A stretch of 64,000 nucleotides of DNA, taken from the NCBI GenBank assembly GCA_963720965.1, contig CAVRHD010000002.1, positions 91,908-155,907 on the forward strand, read 5' to 3'. Shown here in pieces: positions 24,638-34,214 of this stretch. The notes under the pieces were generated by a model. The model searched no databases, was not told where the DNA came from, and saw only the letters and a list, made by a program, of their open reading frames with translations. The stretch comes from an uncultured Chloroflexia bacterium. Lineage in GTDB: Bacteria > Chloroflexota > Limnocylindria > Limnocylindrales > CSP1-4. How positions within the stretch are numbered: the stretch's first letter is position 1; each line of letters begins with the position of its first letter. The position numbers and the translations under genes were made by a program.

Positions 24638-27600
24638 ATGGCTTGCTCGAGCTGCGGCTCATCGAACGCCGAAACCGCCCGGTTCTGCGGAACGTGCGGC
24701 AAGCGGCTTACGGCGACGTGCCCGTACTGCAACGCCGACGTCCCCGTCGGCCAACGCTTCTGCAGCGCCTGTGGCCGGTCGATCCCGGCCCAGCCAGCGC
24801 TCGAGAAGCCGGCCGCAGATAGCCCGCCGGAGTCGGGCCCGTCGTCCGAGCGTCGCTTGGTATCGGTCCTGTTCGTCGACCTCGAGGACTTCACGGCGCT
24901 GGCCGAATCGCTCGATCCGGAGGACGTCAGGAACCTCCAGGCGCGCTACTTCGAGGCGGCCCGGGCGGTCGTCGCCCGCTACGGGGGCACGCTCGAGAAG
25001 TTCATTGGCGACGCGATCATGGCGGTCTGGGGCGCCCCCGCCGCCCACGAGGACGACGCGGAGCGGGCCGTGCGGGCGGGTCTCGAGCTCGTCGCGGCGG
25101 TGGCCAGGCTGCGTGGCGCGGTTCCGGGCCGGAGCCTCAGCGCGCGCGCCGCGATCGGCACGGGAGAGGCAGCCGTCACACCCGGTGTCGACGGCCAGGG
25201 GATGGTGGCCGGTGACATGGTCAACACCGCGGCACGTCTCCAGGCGGCGGCCGCATCGGGGGCCGTGCTGGTCGACGATTCGACCCGACGGATCGTGGGC
25301 GACGCCGTTGCCTGGAGGCCCGCCGGCCGGCTGACCCTCAAGGGCAAGGTCCGGCCGGTGACAACCTGGCGCGCGATCGCGATCGCCGATGATCGTCCCA
25401 ACGGGCGAGCCGCCGGCCACGCCGGGCCGTTCGTTGGGCGGCAGACCGAGCTGGCCGAGCTCGTCGCGCAGTTCGCCCGGACCGTCACGGCGCGGCGCAG
25501 CCGGATCATCTCGATCGTCGGGATCGCCGGGATCGGCAAGAGCCGGCTTGCCTGGGAGTTCGAACGGCGGCTCGACGCCCTGCCCGAGGCCCTGGCGCTG
25601 CATATCGGCCGGGCCCCATCGTACGGCGACGGCATCACGTTTGCGCCCCTCGCCGAGATGGTCCGGCGGCGAGCCCGGATCAGCGAGGGGACCGAGACCG
25701 AGGTCGCTCGGCGCCAGCTGACGGCCGCGCTGATCGAACTGGTCCCGGACCCGGTCGAGCGCCGCTGGATCGAGCCGCGCCTGGCCACCCTGTTGGCCCC
25801 AGGATCCGATGCAGGCTTCGAACGGGACGAGCTGTTCGCCGCATGGCGACGATTCTTCGAGCACGTGGCCAACTGGGCGCCGGTCGTCCTGATCTTCGAG
25901 GATCTCCAGTGGGCCGATCCCGCCCTGCTCGACTTCATCGACTACCTCGCGCAGTGGTCGCGCACCCAGCCGATCCTGGTCGTCACCCTGGCCCGGCCCG
26001 AGCTCCTCGACCGGCGTCCAACCTGGGGGGCCGGACAGCACAGCTTCACCGCGATCCAGCTCGAGGCGTTGTCCGACGACGACATGGCCGAGCTGCTCCA
26101 CGGCCTCGATCCGGCGCTCCCGGCGGAAGCCGTCGAGCGCATCGTCGAGCGCTCGGGCGGCGTGCCGCTGTATGGCGTCGAGGTTCTCCGGATGCTTGTC
26201 GACCGGGGCGAGGGCGGTCCGGCCGACCAGCCGGCCGAGCAGCTCGGGATTCTCGCCGGGTGGCACATCCCGGAGACCCTCCGATCGCTCGTCTCGACCC
26301 GGATCGATGCGTTGCCGCGAGCCGAGCGAAGCCTGCTCCTGTCCGCTTCCGTCCTGGGCAGCCGATTCCATCCGGACGTCCTGTGTGCGGTCAGCCGCCT
26401 GGAGCTGAACGAAGCCAGGGACCGGATCGCGTCGCTGGCGCGGCGCGAGCTGCTCACCCTCGACGACGACCTGCGCTCGCCCGGCCGGGGCCAGATCTCG
26501 TTCGTCCAGGATGTCGTCCGGGATGTTGCCTATAGCACGGTCTCGCTGCGTGATCGGCGGACGCTCCACCTGGCGGCCGCCGACCACGTGGAGGCGCTCC
26601 ACGACGATGAGCTGGTCGAGGCCGTCGCGGAGCACCTGGTCGCGGCCCACGCGGCCGCGCCCGATCACCGCGATGCGCCGGCCGTCGCCGATCGCGCAGT
26701 CGGCGCGCTCCGACTGGCCGCCGCCCGGGCGCTCGCCCTGCGCGTCCCCAGCCGCGCCCTCGCCCACCTGGAGCGGGCACTGGCGCTGGTCGACGACGAG
26801 GAGATGCGGGCGATCCTGTGGCAGGAAGCGGCGGCCGCCGCCCGGGCAGCGGCTCGCTTCGACCTGGCCGAGGCATACCTGCGCCAGCTGCTGGATTGGC
26901 AGCAGGGCCTCGGCCAGCGCCCGGACGCCGCCCGAACGACGGCCCAGCTGGCCAGCCTCCTCCTCGCGACCGAGCGCCACGGGACCGCCCTGGTCGATCT
27001 GGAGGCCGCCCTGGCTGGCGTCGGTGACCTGACTGCGGACGCCTCGAGCGCCGAGCTCAGTGGCCAGCTCGCCCGCGCCTACGTCCTCGTCGGCGACGAC
27101 GAGCTGGCGCTCGACTGGGCAAATCGGACCCTCGACGCCTGTGCCGCTCTTGGCCTGCCGACCGTCGCCGTCGATGCCCTGATCACCCGTGGCACGGCCC
27201 ACATGCGGCTCGGCCATGACGACGCCGGCCTGGAAGACCTGCATGCGGCCATTGCCGATGCCCAGGCGCTGGGCCATGTCGGTGCGGAGCTGCGGGCGAG
27301 GAACAACCTGGCCTGGTTGATCGCCCCCGACGATCCCCAGGCCACGCTCGTCACCGCCCGGGACGGCCTCGAGCTGGCGACTCGCATGGGCGTCGGCGAC
27401 ATGGCCCTCCAGCTGGCCGACGTGGTGACCACGGTAGCCATCGACACCGGCGACTGGGACGCGGCGTTGGCCGTTCTCGACGACGTCCGCGATCGACCCC
27501 AGGCTGCGGCGCACCGGATCGAATTCGCGGTCAACGAGGCAACTCTGCGAGCGTTGCGCGGCGATCCAGACGCGCCGGCCCTGCTCGCCGCCCTCGAGCC

Positions 27601-28093
27601 CCTAGACCCGGATACGGAGCCCCAGGTTCTCGCCGCGATCGACCAGGCCCAGGCCTGGATCGCCTTCGTCGACGGCCGGCTCGAGGACTGCCAGCGGCTG
27701 GCCGAGGCCGCCGGCGCCCGGTCCCTCGGCGCCGAGCAGCAGGCCGCCCTGGTGCTGGCTGCCAGAGCCGGGCTGTGGCTCGGCGAGCGGGCCGCAGTGG
27801 AATTGGCGATCGTCCGGCTGGCCGAGCTGGACATCCATGGCCGCGCCGCAACGGCCGCCCAGCTGACCCTCCAGGCGGGTGCCGCGGCTCTTGGCGGTCA
27901 GGATTCGGACCTGTTGTTCGACCGGGCGATCGCGGCCTGGAGGGCGCTTCGCCTGCCCCTCCGCCTGGCCCTCTGCCTGGCCGATCGCGAGCGGGTCGCC
28001 ACCCCAGCCAGGGCAGGCGGCGAGATCCAGGCCATCCTCGGCGAGCTTGGCGCGAACGGCCTGCTACGGGCGCTCCACCCGGTTGCCCGATAG
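24638..28093 (+). CDS. Double zinc-ribbon / class III nucleotidyl cyclase / AAA(STAND) ATPase / TPR-like multidomain signalling protein
   Basis: 1151 aa. The N-terminal Cys pairs are CSSCG...CGTCG...CPYC...CSACG. The cyclase motifs are VLFVDLEDFT, KFIGDAIMAVWG and VNTAARLQ. The Walker A is GIAGIGKSRL. A long helical repeat C-terminus follows, and I see no LuxR-type HTH. Confidence 0.88.
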   Translation: MACSSCGSSNAETARFCGTCGKRLTATCPYCNADVPVGQRFCSACGRSIPAQPALEKPAADSPPESGPSSERRLVSVLFVDLEDFTALAESLDPEDVRNLQARYFEAARAVVARYGGTLEKFIGDAIMAVWGAPAAHEDDAERAVRAGLELVAAVARLRGAVPGRSLSARAAIGTGEAAVTPGVDGQGMVAGDMVNTAARLQAAAASGAVLVDDSTRRIVGDAVAWRPAGRLTLKGKVRPVTTWRAIAIADDRPNGRAAGHAGPFVGRQTELAELVAQFARTVTARRSRIISIVGIAGIGKSRLAWEFERRLDALPEALALHIGRAPSYGDGITFAPLAEMVRRRARISEGTETEVARRQLTAALIELVPDPVERRWIEPRLATLLAPGSDAGFERDELFAAWRRFFEHVANWAPVVLIFEDLQWADPALLDFIDYLAQWSRTQPILVVTLARPELLDRRPTWGAGQHSFTAIQLEALSDDDMAELLHGLDPALPAEAVERIVERSGGVPLYGVEVLRMLVDRGEGGPADQPAEQLGILAGWHIPETLRSLVSTRIDALPRAERSLLLSASVLGSRFHPDVLCAVSRLELNEARDRIASLARRELLTLDDDLRSPGRGQISFVQDVVRDVAYSTVSLRDRRTLHLAAADHVEALHDDELVEAVAEHLVAAHAAAPDHRDAPAVADRAVGALRLAAARALALRVPSRALAHLERALALVDDEEMRAILWQEAAAAARAAARFDLAEAYLRQLLDWQQGLGQRPDAARTTAQLASLLLATERHGTALVDLEAALAGVGDLTADASSAELSGQLARAYVLVGDDELALDWANRTLDACAALGLPTVAVDALITRGTAHMRLGHDDAGLEDLHAAIADAQALGHVGAELRARNNLAWLIAPDDPQATLVTARDGLELATRMGVGDMALQLADVVTTVAIDTGDWDAALAVLDDVRDRPQAAAHRIEFAVNEATLRALRGDPDAPALLAALEPLDPDTEPQVLAAIDQAQAWIAFVDGRLEDCQRLAEAAGARSLGAEQQAALVLAARAGLWLGERAAVELAIVRLAELDIHGRAATAAQLTLQAGAAALGGQDSDLLFDRAIAAWRALRLPLRLALCLADRERVATPARAGGEIQAILGELGANGLLRALHPVAR

Positions 28094-28105
28094 GCCGGCT
28101 CCGCT

Positions 28106-29590
28106 TCAGGCCGAGGCGGCCAGCTCCCGGCCGACGGCCAGGACCTCGTCGACCAGGGCGTCGGCGTCGGCCAGGGTGGTCCGAGGGTTGATGAAACACG
28201 GCCGGATGGCCAGCCGGCCATCGATCCGCGTGCTCGAGGTCACGACCCGTCCGCGCGCTCGGATCCCGTGGAGGACCGCCTCGTTCAGGGCATCGAGTCG
28301 AGCCTCGTCGGTCCAGTCGGGGGGCCGAAATCGGAAGCAGCAGATCGAGAGCACCGGTTCGGCCAGCAGCTCGAGCTCGTCCGTGGAGCGGGCCCGCTCG
28401 GCCACGTGGCGGGCGCAGTCGTCGTGACGGACGACGCGCCGGCGCATCCCCTCGGCCCCGATCTCTCGCAGGACCGCCCAGACGGCCAGGCCCCGGGCGG
28501 GCGTCGAGAAATCGACGCCCCAGTCGGGCGTGCCGATGCCTAGCTCGTCGAACGGTGACCCGAGGTCGGCGTCACCCGCGCTTGGCTCGGTCTGGCGCTC
28601 GCGGTCGTAGTCGCCGGTCTCGATCGTGAACGCCCGGCCCAGGATGCCCTCGTCGCGGACGATCGCCGCACCGGTTCCGACCGGGGCCGCCAGCCATTTG
28701 TGGGGATCGACCGCGAACGAGTCATAGGCGGCAACGTCGCCGTAGCGATCCCGGACGCGCTCGTCGAGCAGCCCGAAGCCGCCGTAGGCCCCATCGACGT
28801 GCAGCCAGATCCCGCGTTCGTGGGCGATCCGGGCCAGCTCGGCCAGCGGATCGACGCGGCCCGCGTTCACGTCGCCGGCGCAGCCGACCACGGCCACCTG
28901 GGTCCGTCCGGCGGCGAAGTCCTCGTCGAGCGCGGCCTGGAGGAGGTCGAGGTCGATCGTGCCGGCGGCGTCGAGCGGAATCGAGCGGAGGTTGCTGCGG
29001 CCCATCCCGAGCACGCCCAGGGCGCGCCCCACGACGTGATGGGTTTCCGTGCTGGCATAGACTCGAGGTTCGGCCATGCCGGCGATGCCGTCGAGGGAGG
29101 GCCGCAGGCCAAGGCGCTCACCGGCGTGCTGGCGGGCCGCCCCGATCCCGACGAGGTTGGCCGTGGACCCGCCCGAAGTGAACGTTCCCACCGAGGTAGC
29201 AGGGAAGCCGAGCAGGTCGATCAGCCAGCGCATCGCGAGGTGGTCGACGAAGTTGCCCGCGGTCGTCCACCAGCGCTGGGACACGGCGACCGCCTGGGCC
29301 AGGTCGGCGGCCGCCGCGACATCCGACGGTCCCGTCGTCACCCAGCCGGAGAAGCCCGGATGTCCGACCCGCAGGCCGTTGGCGACGACCAGGTCCGCAA
29401 GCTCGGCCAGGGTCGCGGCGCGGCCGATGCCGACGGCTGGGAGCGGTCGATCGAGCGCCGGACGCCAGCGGGATCGTTCGCGCGCGGGGTCCGGTCCCTC
29501 GAACTCGACGAACCGTTCCAGGGAAGGCAGGATGGCGCGGACCGCCTCGCCCAGGGCGTCCGTGGTCGCGGCGTCGCGCTCAGGTTCCAT
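28106..29590 (-). CDS. PLP-dependent group II decarboxylase (aromatic amino acid / diaminobutyrate decarboxylase-like)
   Basis: 494 aa with TSGGSTANLV, HVDGAYGG and the PLP-lysine motif DPHKWL. Confidence 0.88.
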   Translation of the reverse strand: MEPERDAATTDALGEAVRAILPSLERFVEFEGPDPARERSRWRPALDRPLPAVGIGRAATLAELADLVVANGLRVGHPGFSGWVTTGPSDVAAAADLAQAVAVSQRWWTTAGNFVDHLAMRWLIDLLGFPATSVGTFTSGGSTANLVGIGAARQHAGERLGLRPSLDGIAGMAEPRVYASTETHHVVGRALGVLGMGRSNLRSIPLDAAGTIDLDLLQAALDEDFAAGRTQVAVVGCAGDVNAGRVDPLAELARIAHERGIWLHVDGAYGGFGLLDERVRDRYGDVAAYDSFAVDPHKWLAAPVGTGAAIVRDEGILGRAFTIETGDYDRERQTEPSAGDADLGSPFDELGIGTPDWGVDFSTPARGLAVWAVLREIGAEGMRRRVVRHDDCARHVAERARSTDELELLAEPVLSICCFRFRPPDWTDEARLDALNEAVLHGIRARGRVVTSSTRIDGRLAIRPCFINPRTTLADADALVDEVLAVGRELAASA

Positions 29591-29597
29591 GCCAACG

Positions 29598-29603
29598 AGT
29601 GTA
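29598..29603 (-). promoter_or_regulatory. -10 hexamer TACACT, leaderless-type promoter of the decarboxylase gene
   Basis: Read on the minus strand, TACACT lies 7 nt upstream of ATG 29590. Confidence 0.45.
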
Positions 29604-29615
29604 TCGAGCCCTCGC

Positions 29616-29621
29616 TACCAT
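29616..29621 (+). promoter_or_regulatory. -10 hexamer TACCAT, candidate promoter of dnaE (very short or no leader)
   Basis: TACCAT lies 9 nt upstream of GTG 29631. The whole intergenic space is only 40 bp. Confidence 0.35.
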
Positions 29622-29630
29622 TGACCTCCC

Positions 29631-32600
29631 GTGCCGACCCCCGCCCCGAACGATTTCACCCACCTCCACGTCCACAGCGAGTTCAGCCTGCTCGACGGCC
29701 TGGGCCGGATCAACGAGCTGGTCGAGAGCGCTTCGCAGCTCGGCTTCGACTCGCTGGCACTGACCGACCACGGGGCCCTGTATGGCGCCGTGGCCTTCTT
29801 CCAGGCGGCGACCGCCAAGGGGATCCGGCCGATCATCGGGGTCGAGACCTACGTCGCCCGGCGATCAATGACTGACAAGGAGGGCAAGGCCGACGCCCAG
29901 CCCTTCCACCTGATCCTGCTGGCCGAGAACCTGGTCGGCTACCGCAACCTGTGCCGGCTGGTCACCGACGCCCACATCGACGGCTACTACTACAAGCCCC
30001 GAATCGACCGCGAGCACCTGGCTCGGCACAGCGAGGGCCTGATCGGGCTGTCGGCCTGCCTCGGCGGCGAGATCCCGCGGGCGCTCGAGACAGACGACTG
30101 GGAGCTCGCCCGCAAGCTCGCCGGCGAGTACGGCGACATCTTCGGCCCGGAGCGCTTCTACCTCGAGCTCCAGGATCACGGCCTGCCGGAGCAGCGTCGC
30201 CTGAACGAGCAGCTTCTGCGGCTGGCACCGGAGGCCGGCCTGCCGCTGGTCGTCACCAACGACCTCCACTATGTCCGCCAGGACCAGTCGGAGGCGCACG
30301 ACGTCCTGCTTTGTGTCGGCACCGGCAACAACCTCGACACGCCCGGCCGGATGAAGTTCGAAACGAACGACTTCTGGTTGAAGTCGGCGGCCCAGATGGC
30401 CGCCCTGTTCCCGGATCAGCCCGAGGCGATCCTCAATACCCGGCGGATCGCCGAGATGGCCGGCGGCCTGGAGTTGCCCCTCGGCCAGACCCGGATCCCG
30501 CACTTCCCGGTGCCCGACGGCGAGACCGTCGAGAGCTGGCTCCGGCGGGAGTGCGAACGGGGCCTCGAACGGCGCTACGGCGGGGCCACCCCGGCCCTCC
30601 AGGCGCGCCTCGACTACGAGCTCGGCGTGATCACCTCGATGGGCTACGCCGGTTACTTCCTGATCGTGGCCGATTTCGTCAGGTTCGCCCGCGAGGAAGG
30701 CATCCAGACCACCTGCCGGGGCAGCGCGCCGGGGTCGATCGTGACTTACACCCTGGGCATCACCCCGGTCGATCCGATCCTGTACGAGCTGCCGTTCGAG
30801 CGCTTCCTCAATCCCGACCGGGTGACGATGCCCGACATCGACGTCGACTTCGAGGACGGCCGGCGCGAGGAAGTGATCGCCTACGTGGGGCGGAAGTACG
30901 GCCAGGACCACGTCGCCCAGATCATCACCTTCGGGACGATGCTCGCTCGGGCCGCGATCCGCGACGTCGGGCGCGTCCTGGGCATGACCTACGGCGAGGT
31001 CGACCGGATCGCCAAGGCGATCCCCAACCAGCTCGGGATCCGCCTCGATGAGGCCCTCCGGACCACCCCCGCCCTGCGCGAGATGGCCGGCGACCCACAG
31101 GTCGGCCGCCTGCTCGGACTGGCCGAGCACCTCGAAGGGGTCGCCCGCAATGCGTCGACCCACGCAGCCGGCGTCGTGATCAGCCGGGAGCCACTGACCG
31201 AGCTCATGCCCCTCCAGCGGGCGACCAACTCGGAAGGCCTGATGACCCAGTTCGAGATGCATGCCGTCGAGGCGCTGGGCCTGCTCAAGTTCGACTTCCT
31301 GGGCCTGTCGAACCTGACGATCCTGCGCCAGGCGGTCGAGCTGATCCAGGCCAATCGTGGGGTCGCCATCGACCTCGACCGGATCCCGCTCGACGACCAG
31401 ACGACGTTCGAGCTGCTCGCGTCGGGCGAGACGACCGGCATCTTCCAGCTTGAGTCGGCGGGCATGCGCCGCTACGTCCGCGAGCTCCGGCCGACCTCGG
31501 TCTACGACCTGGCCGCGATGGTCGCGCTGTACCGGCCGGGCCCGATGGACAACATCCCGGCCTACATCCGGCGCAAGCACGGCCAGGAGCCGGTGACCTA
31601 CCTCCACCCATTGCTCGAGCCGTATCTCAACAAGACCTATGGCATCTTCGTCTACCAGGAAGACATCATGGCCTCGGCAATCGCCCTGGGTGGCTTCACC
31701 GGTCCCGAGGCCGACACGCTCGGCTATGCGATCCGCAAGAAGAAGTCGAGCGTCCTGCGCTCGATGAAGGACCAGTTCGTCCGGCAGGCGGCCGAGCGGG
31801 GCGTGCCAGCGGCGACGATCGACGCCGTGTTCACCGCCTTCGAGCCCTTCGAACGCTACGGCTTCAACAAGGCCCACGCCACGTGCTACGGACTGGTCGC
31901 GTATCAGACGGCCTACCTCAAGGCGAACTACACCGTCGAGTACATGACCAGCGTCCTGACGGCCTCGCGCGACAATTCGGAGAAGGTCGCGGCCGCGATA
32001 GCCGAGTGCCGCAGGCTCGGAATCGAGGTCCTGCCACCGGACATCCGGAGCTCCGCGGTCGAGTTCTCGGTCGAGGGCGATGCGATCCGGTTCGGGCTGA
32101 TCGCGGTCCGCAACGTGGGGCAGGGGGCCATCGAGTCAATCATCGCGGCGCGTCCCGACGGCGACTTCACCACGCTCATCGACTTCTGCGAGCGGATCGA
32201 CCTGCGCCTGGCCAACAAGCGCGTCCTCGAATCGCTGGCGCGGGTCGGAGCCCTGGCCGCGTTTGGCCATCCGGCCCAGATCCTGGCCGGCCTGGACGAT
32301 GCGATGAATGCCGCCGGCGTGACCCAGCGCGACCGGATCAGCGGCCAGGTGTCGCTGTTCGACCTGGCCGCGGACGATCGGGCCAGCCTCGATGCGCCAC
32401 TGCCGAGTGTCACGGAGGCACCGACCCGGGAGCGCCTGCGCTGGGAGAAGGAGCTTCTCGGGCTGTACCTCTCGGACCATCCGCTGAAAGAGATTGCCGA
32501 GGCGGTCGGACCGTTCGTGACGGCCTACTCAGGTGACCTGCGCGACGAGTCCCTTGACCAGCAGCGGGTCGTGGTGTGTGGAATCGTGACCGGGGTGCGG

Positions 32601-33473
32601 ACCGTCATCACCAAGGCCAAGGCGTCCATGGCGATCGCCACCCTCGAGGACCTCCAGGGCTCGGTCGAGGTGGTGGTCTTTCCGCGCCTGTACGAAACCA
32701 CTCGCCCGACCTGGATCGATGGCCAGATCCTGCTCGTGTCCGGCCGGGTCGATCACAAGGCCGAGGAGGTCTCGCTGCTGGCCGACCTCGTCGTCGGCTG
32801 GGACGAGGCGCTGTTGCGCGGTGCCCAGGCGTTCGCCTCGGAAGTGGCTGCCGTCGATCGCGGCCGGGGCCGGGGAGGAGCGGGACGGGGCCACGCTCCG
32901 GGCCGTGTCCCGACGCCGGTCATGGCTCAGCCGGTGGCAGTCGGGCCGGGCCGGGAGGCCGCGCTGGCCAACAACGCTGGGGTCAGCCCGCTCAGGGCGG
33001 GCGGCGGCGGCGGTGCGGCCGGCGGACCCGCCGGGCACCTGGCTGACCCGTGGGCCTCCGCCGAGCTTCCCCCGATCGAGCCGGCTCAGCCGATGCCGAC
33101 CGACTCGGAGCCGCTGGACCTGCGGGCGCTCGGGCCCGAGATCGATGAACCGGCCCTGCCCGACGACGCGGTCCGGGCGGCCCGGGCCGCAGCCGGCGCG
33201 CCGACGGTCCAGGTCGAAGCGAACAGCGAGCAGGTGCTCCACGTCCGGTTCGTCTACGGGGTCACGGCCGAGCGCTCGATGGAGGAGCTGCGGGCCATGA
33301 TCAGGGCGAGACCCGGGGCGACCCGGGTGGTCCTCCACGTGCCGGGCTCACGCGGCGGCGAGCTGCCGATGGAGCTCCGCAGCCGGGTAGCCTACGACGC
33401 CGACCTGCTGGCCGAGGTGAGCCGGCGCCTCGGCAGTGGCGTCGAGCTGCAGCTGGGCGAGGCTGCCAGCTAG
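29631..33473 (+). CDS. dnaE: DNA polymerase III alpha subunit
   Basis: 1280 aa with an N-terminal PHP domain (FTHLHVHSEFSLLDG), polymerase core (PDIDVDF), HhH and an OB fold. An extra C-terminal region of about 200 aa lies beyond the OB fold. Confidence 0.95.
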   Translation: MPTPAPNDFTHLHVHSEFSLLDGLGRINELVESASQLGFDSLALTDHGALYGAVAFFQAATAKGIRPIIGVETYVARRSMTDKEGKADAQPFHLILLAENLVGYRNLCRLVTDAHIDGYYYKPRIDREHLARHSEGLIGLSACLGGEIPRALETDDWELARKLAGEYGDIFGPERFYLELQDHGLPEQRRLNEQLLRLAPEAGLPLVVTNDLHYVRQDQSEAHDVLLCVGTGNNLDTPGRMKFETNDFWLKSAAQMAALFPDQPEAILNTRRIAEMAGGLELPLGQTRIPHFPVPDGETVESWLRRECERGLERRYGGATPALQARLDYELGVITSMGYAGYFLIVADFVRFAREEGIQTTCRGSAPGSIVTYTLGITPVDPILYELPFERFLNPDRVTMPDIDVDFEDGRREEVIAYVGRKYGQDHVAQIITFGTMLARAAIRDVGRVLGMTYGEVDRIAKAIPNQLGIRLDEALRTTPALREMAGDPQVGRLLGLAEHLEGVARNASTHAAGVVISREPLTELMPLQRATNSEGLMTQFEMHAVEALGLLKFDFLGLSNLTILRQAVELIQANRGVAIDLDRIPLDDQTTFELLASGETTGIFQLESAGMRRYVRELRPTSVYDLAAMVALYRPGPMDNIPAYIRRKHGQEPVTYLHPLLEPYLNKTYGIFVYQEDIMASAIALGGFTGPEADTLGYAIRKKKSSVLRSMKDQFVRQAAERGVPAATIDAVFTAFEPFERYGFNKAHATCYGLVAYQTAYLKANYTVEYMTSVLTASRDNSEKVAAAIAECRRLGIEVLPPDIRSSAVEFSVEGDAIRFGLIAVRNVGQGAIESIIAARPDGDFTTLIDFCERIDLRLANKRVLESLARVGALAAFGHPAQILAGLDDAMNAAGVTQRDRISGQVSLFDLAADDRASLDAPLPSVTEAPTRERLRWEKELLGLYLSDHPLKEIAEAVGPFVTAYSGDLRDESLDQQRVVVCGIVTGVRTVITKAKASMAIATLEDLQGSVEVVVFPRLYETTRPTWIDGQILLVSGRVDHKAEEVSLLADLVVGWDEALLRGAQAFASEVAAVDRGRGRGGAGRGHAPGRVPTPVMAQPVAVGPGREAALANNAGVSPLRAGGGGGAAGGPAGHLADPWASAELPPIEPAQPMPTDSEPLDLRALGPEIDEPALPDDAVRAARAAAGAPTVQVEANSEQVLHVRFVYGVTAERSMEELRAMIRARPGATRVVLHVPGSRGGELPMELRSRVAYDADLLAEVSRRLGSGVELQLGEAAS

Positions 33474-34063
33474 CTCGTCGGCGAGCTCGACGGTGCGGCC
33501 GTCGGCGTGGCGTCGCCGGCCTTCAGGGCCTGGACGGCCGAGAAGCGATCCGCGAACTCGCCGCGAAGGTGGGCCAGCTCGGGCGGTTCGAGATCGAGCT
33601 CGAGCGCGATCTCGTCGATCGTGAAGCTCTCGGCGGCGTCGATCGAGCCATCGATCGCGGCAACCGCGAAGCATGCCCGCAGGATGTCGAGCCGCTGCTC
33701 GGTGGTCGAGACGTCACGGAACTCGCGGGTGACGAGGTAGTCATCGGTTCCGCCGGTGGACAGCGCCTGGAGCTTGGCCGTTTCGACCACCAGGGCCGCC
33801 TCGGCCGCATCGAGCCCGGTCTGGCTGACCAGGACCTGCTCCATGTAGCGCGACGCGTCGTCGCTCACCCGGTCATCGGCGCTCGCCGCTCGGGCGATCA
33901 CGTATGCGGCGCAGGCGACGAACCGGGCGCGCTCCGGCGGCAGGTTGTCGAGCCGGGCGATGATCCCTCGGACCATCTCGACCTCGGCCACGGAGCCGGC
34001 GGGGGCGGGGGCAGGGGCAGGGGCAGCGCCGGCTGGCGCGAAGAAGCGGCTCAGGAAGCTCAT
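33470..34063 (-). CDS. TerB-like (tellurite-resistance TerB family) protein
   Basis: 197 aa from ATG 34063, with SD GGAGGA 3 nt upstream. A TerB-like helical pattern is present (ILRACFAVAAIDGSIDAAESFTIDEIALELDL). Confidence 0.65.
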   Translation of the reverse strand: MSFLSRFFAPAGAAPAPAPAPAGSVAEVEMVRGIIARLDNLPPERARFVACAAYVIARAASADDRVSDDASRYMEQVLVSQTGLDAAEAALVVETAKLQALSTGGTDDYLVTREFRDVSTTEQRLDILRACFAVAAIDGSIDAAESFTIDEIALELDLEPPELAHLRGEFADRFSAVQALKAGDATPTAAPSSSPTS

Positions 34064-34125
34064 GAATCCTCCGTCGGGTGCGGGCCCGTGGTGCATCGAT
34101 CGTCGGGCCGAAGTCTAACGGCGAT

Positions 34126-34160
34126 CCGCCAACAGGATGCCCCGGCAGCTGCCCTGGCTG
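34126..34160 (-). terminator. Strong GC hairpin downstream of the small lipoprotein gene (terminator-like, weak U tract)
   Basis: GATGCCCCGGCAGC/GCTGCCGGGGCATC forms a perfect 14-bp stem with a 7-nt loop. On the minus strand it is followed by CTGTTGG. Confidence 0.45.
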
Positions 34161-34214
34161 CCGGGGCATCGCGGGAAGGGGAGCGATCCGGGCCGGCGCT
34201 CCGGCCCGCCTTGG

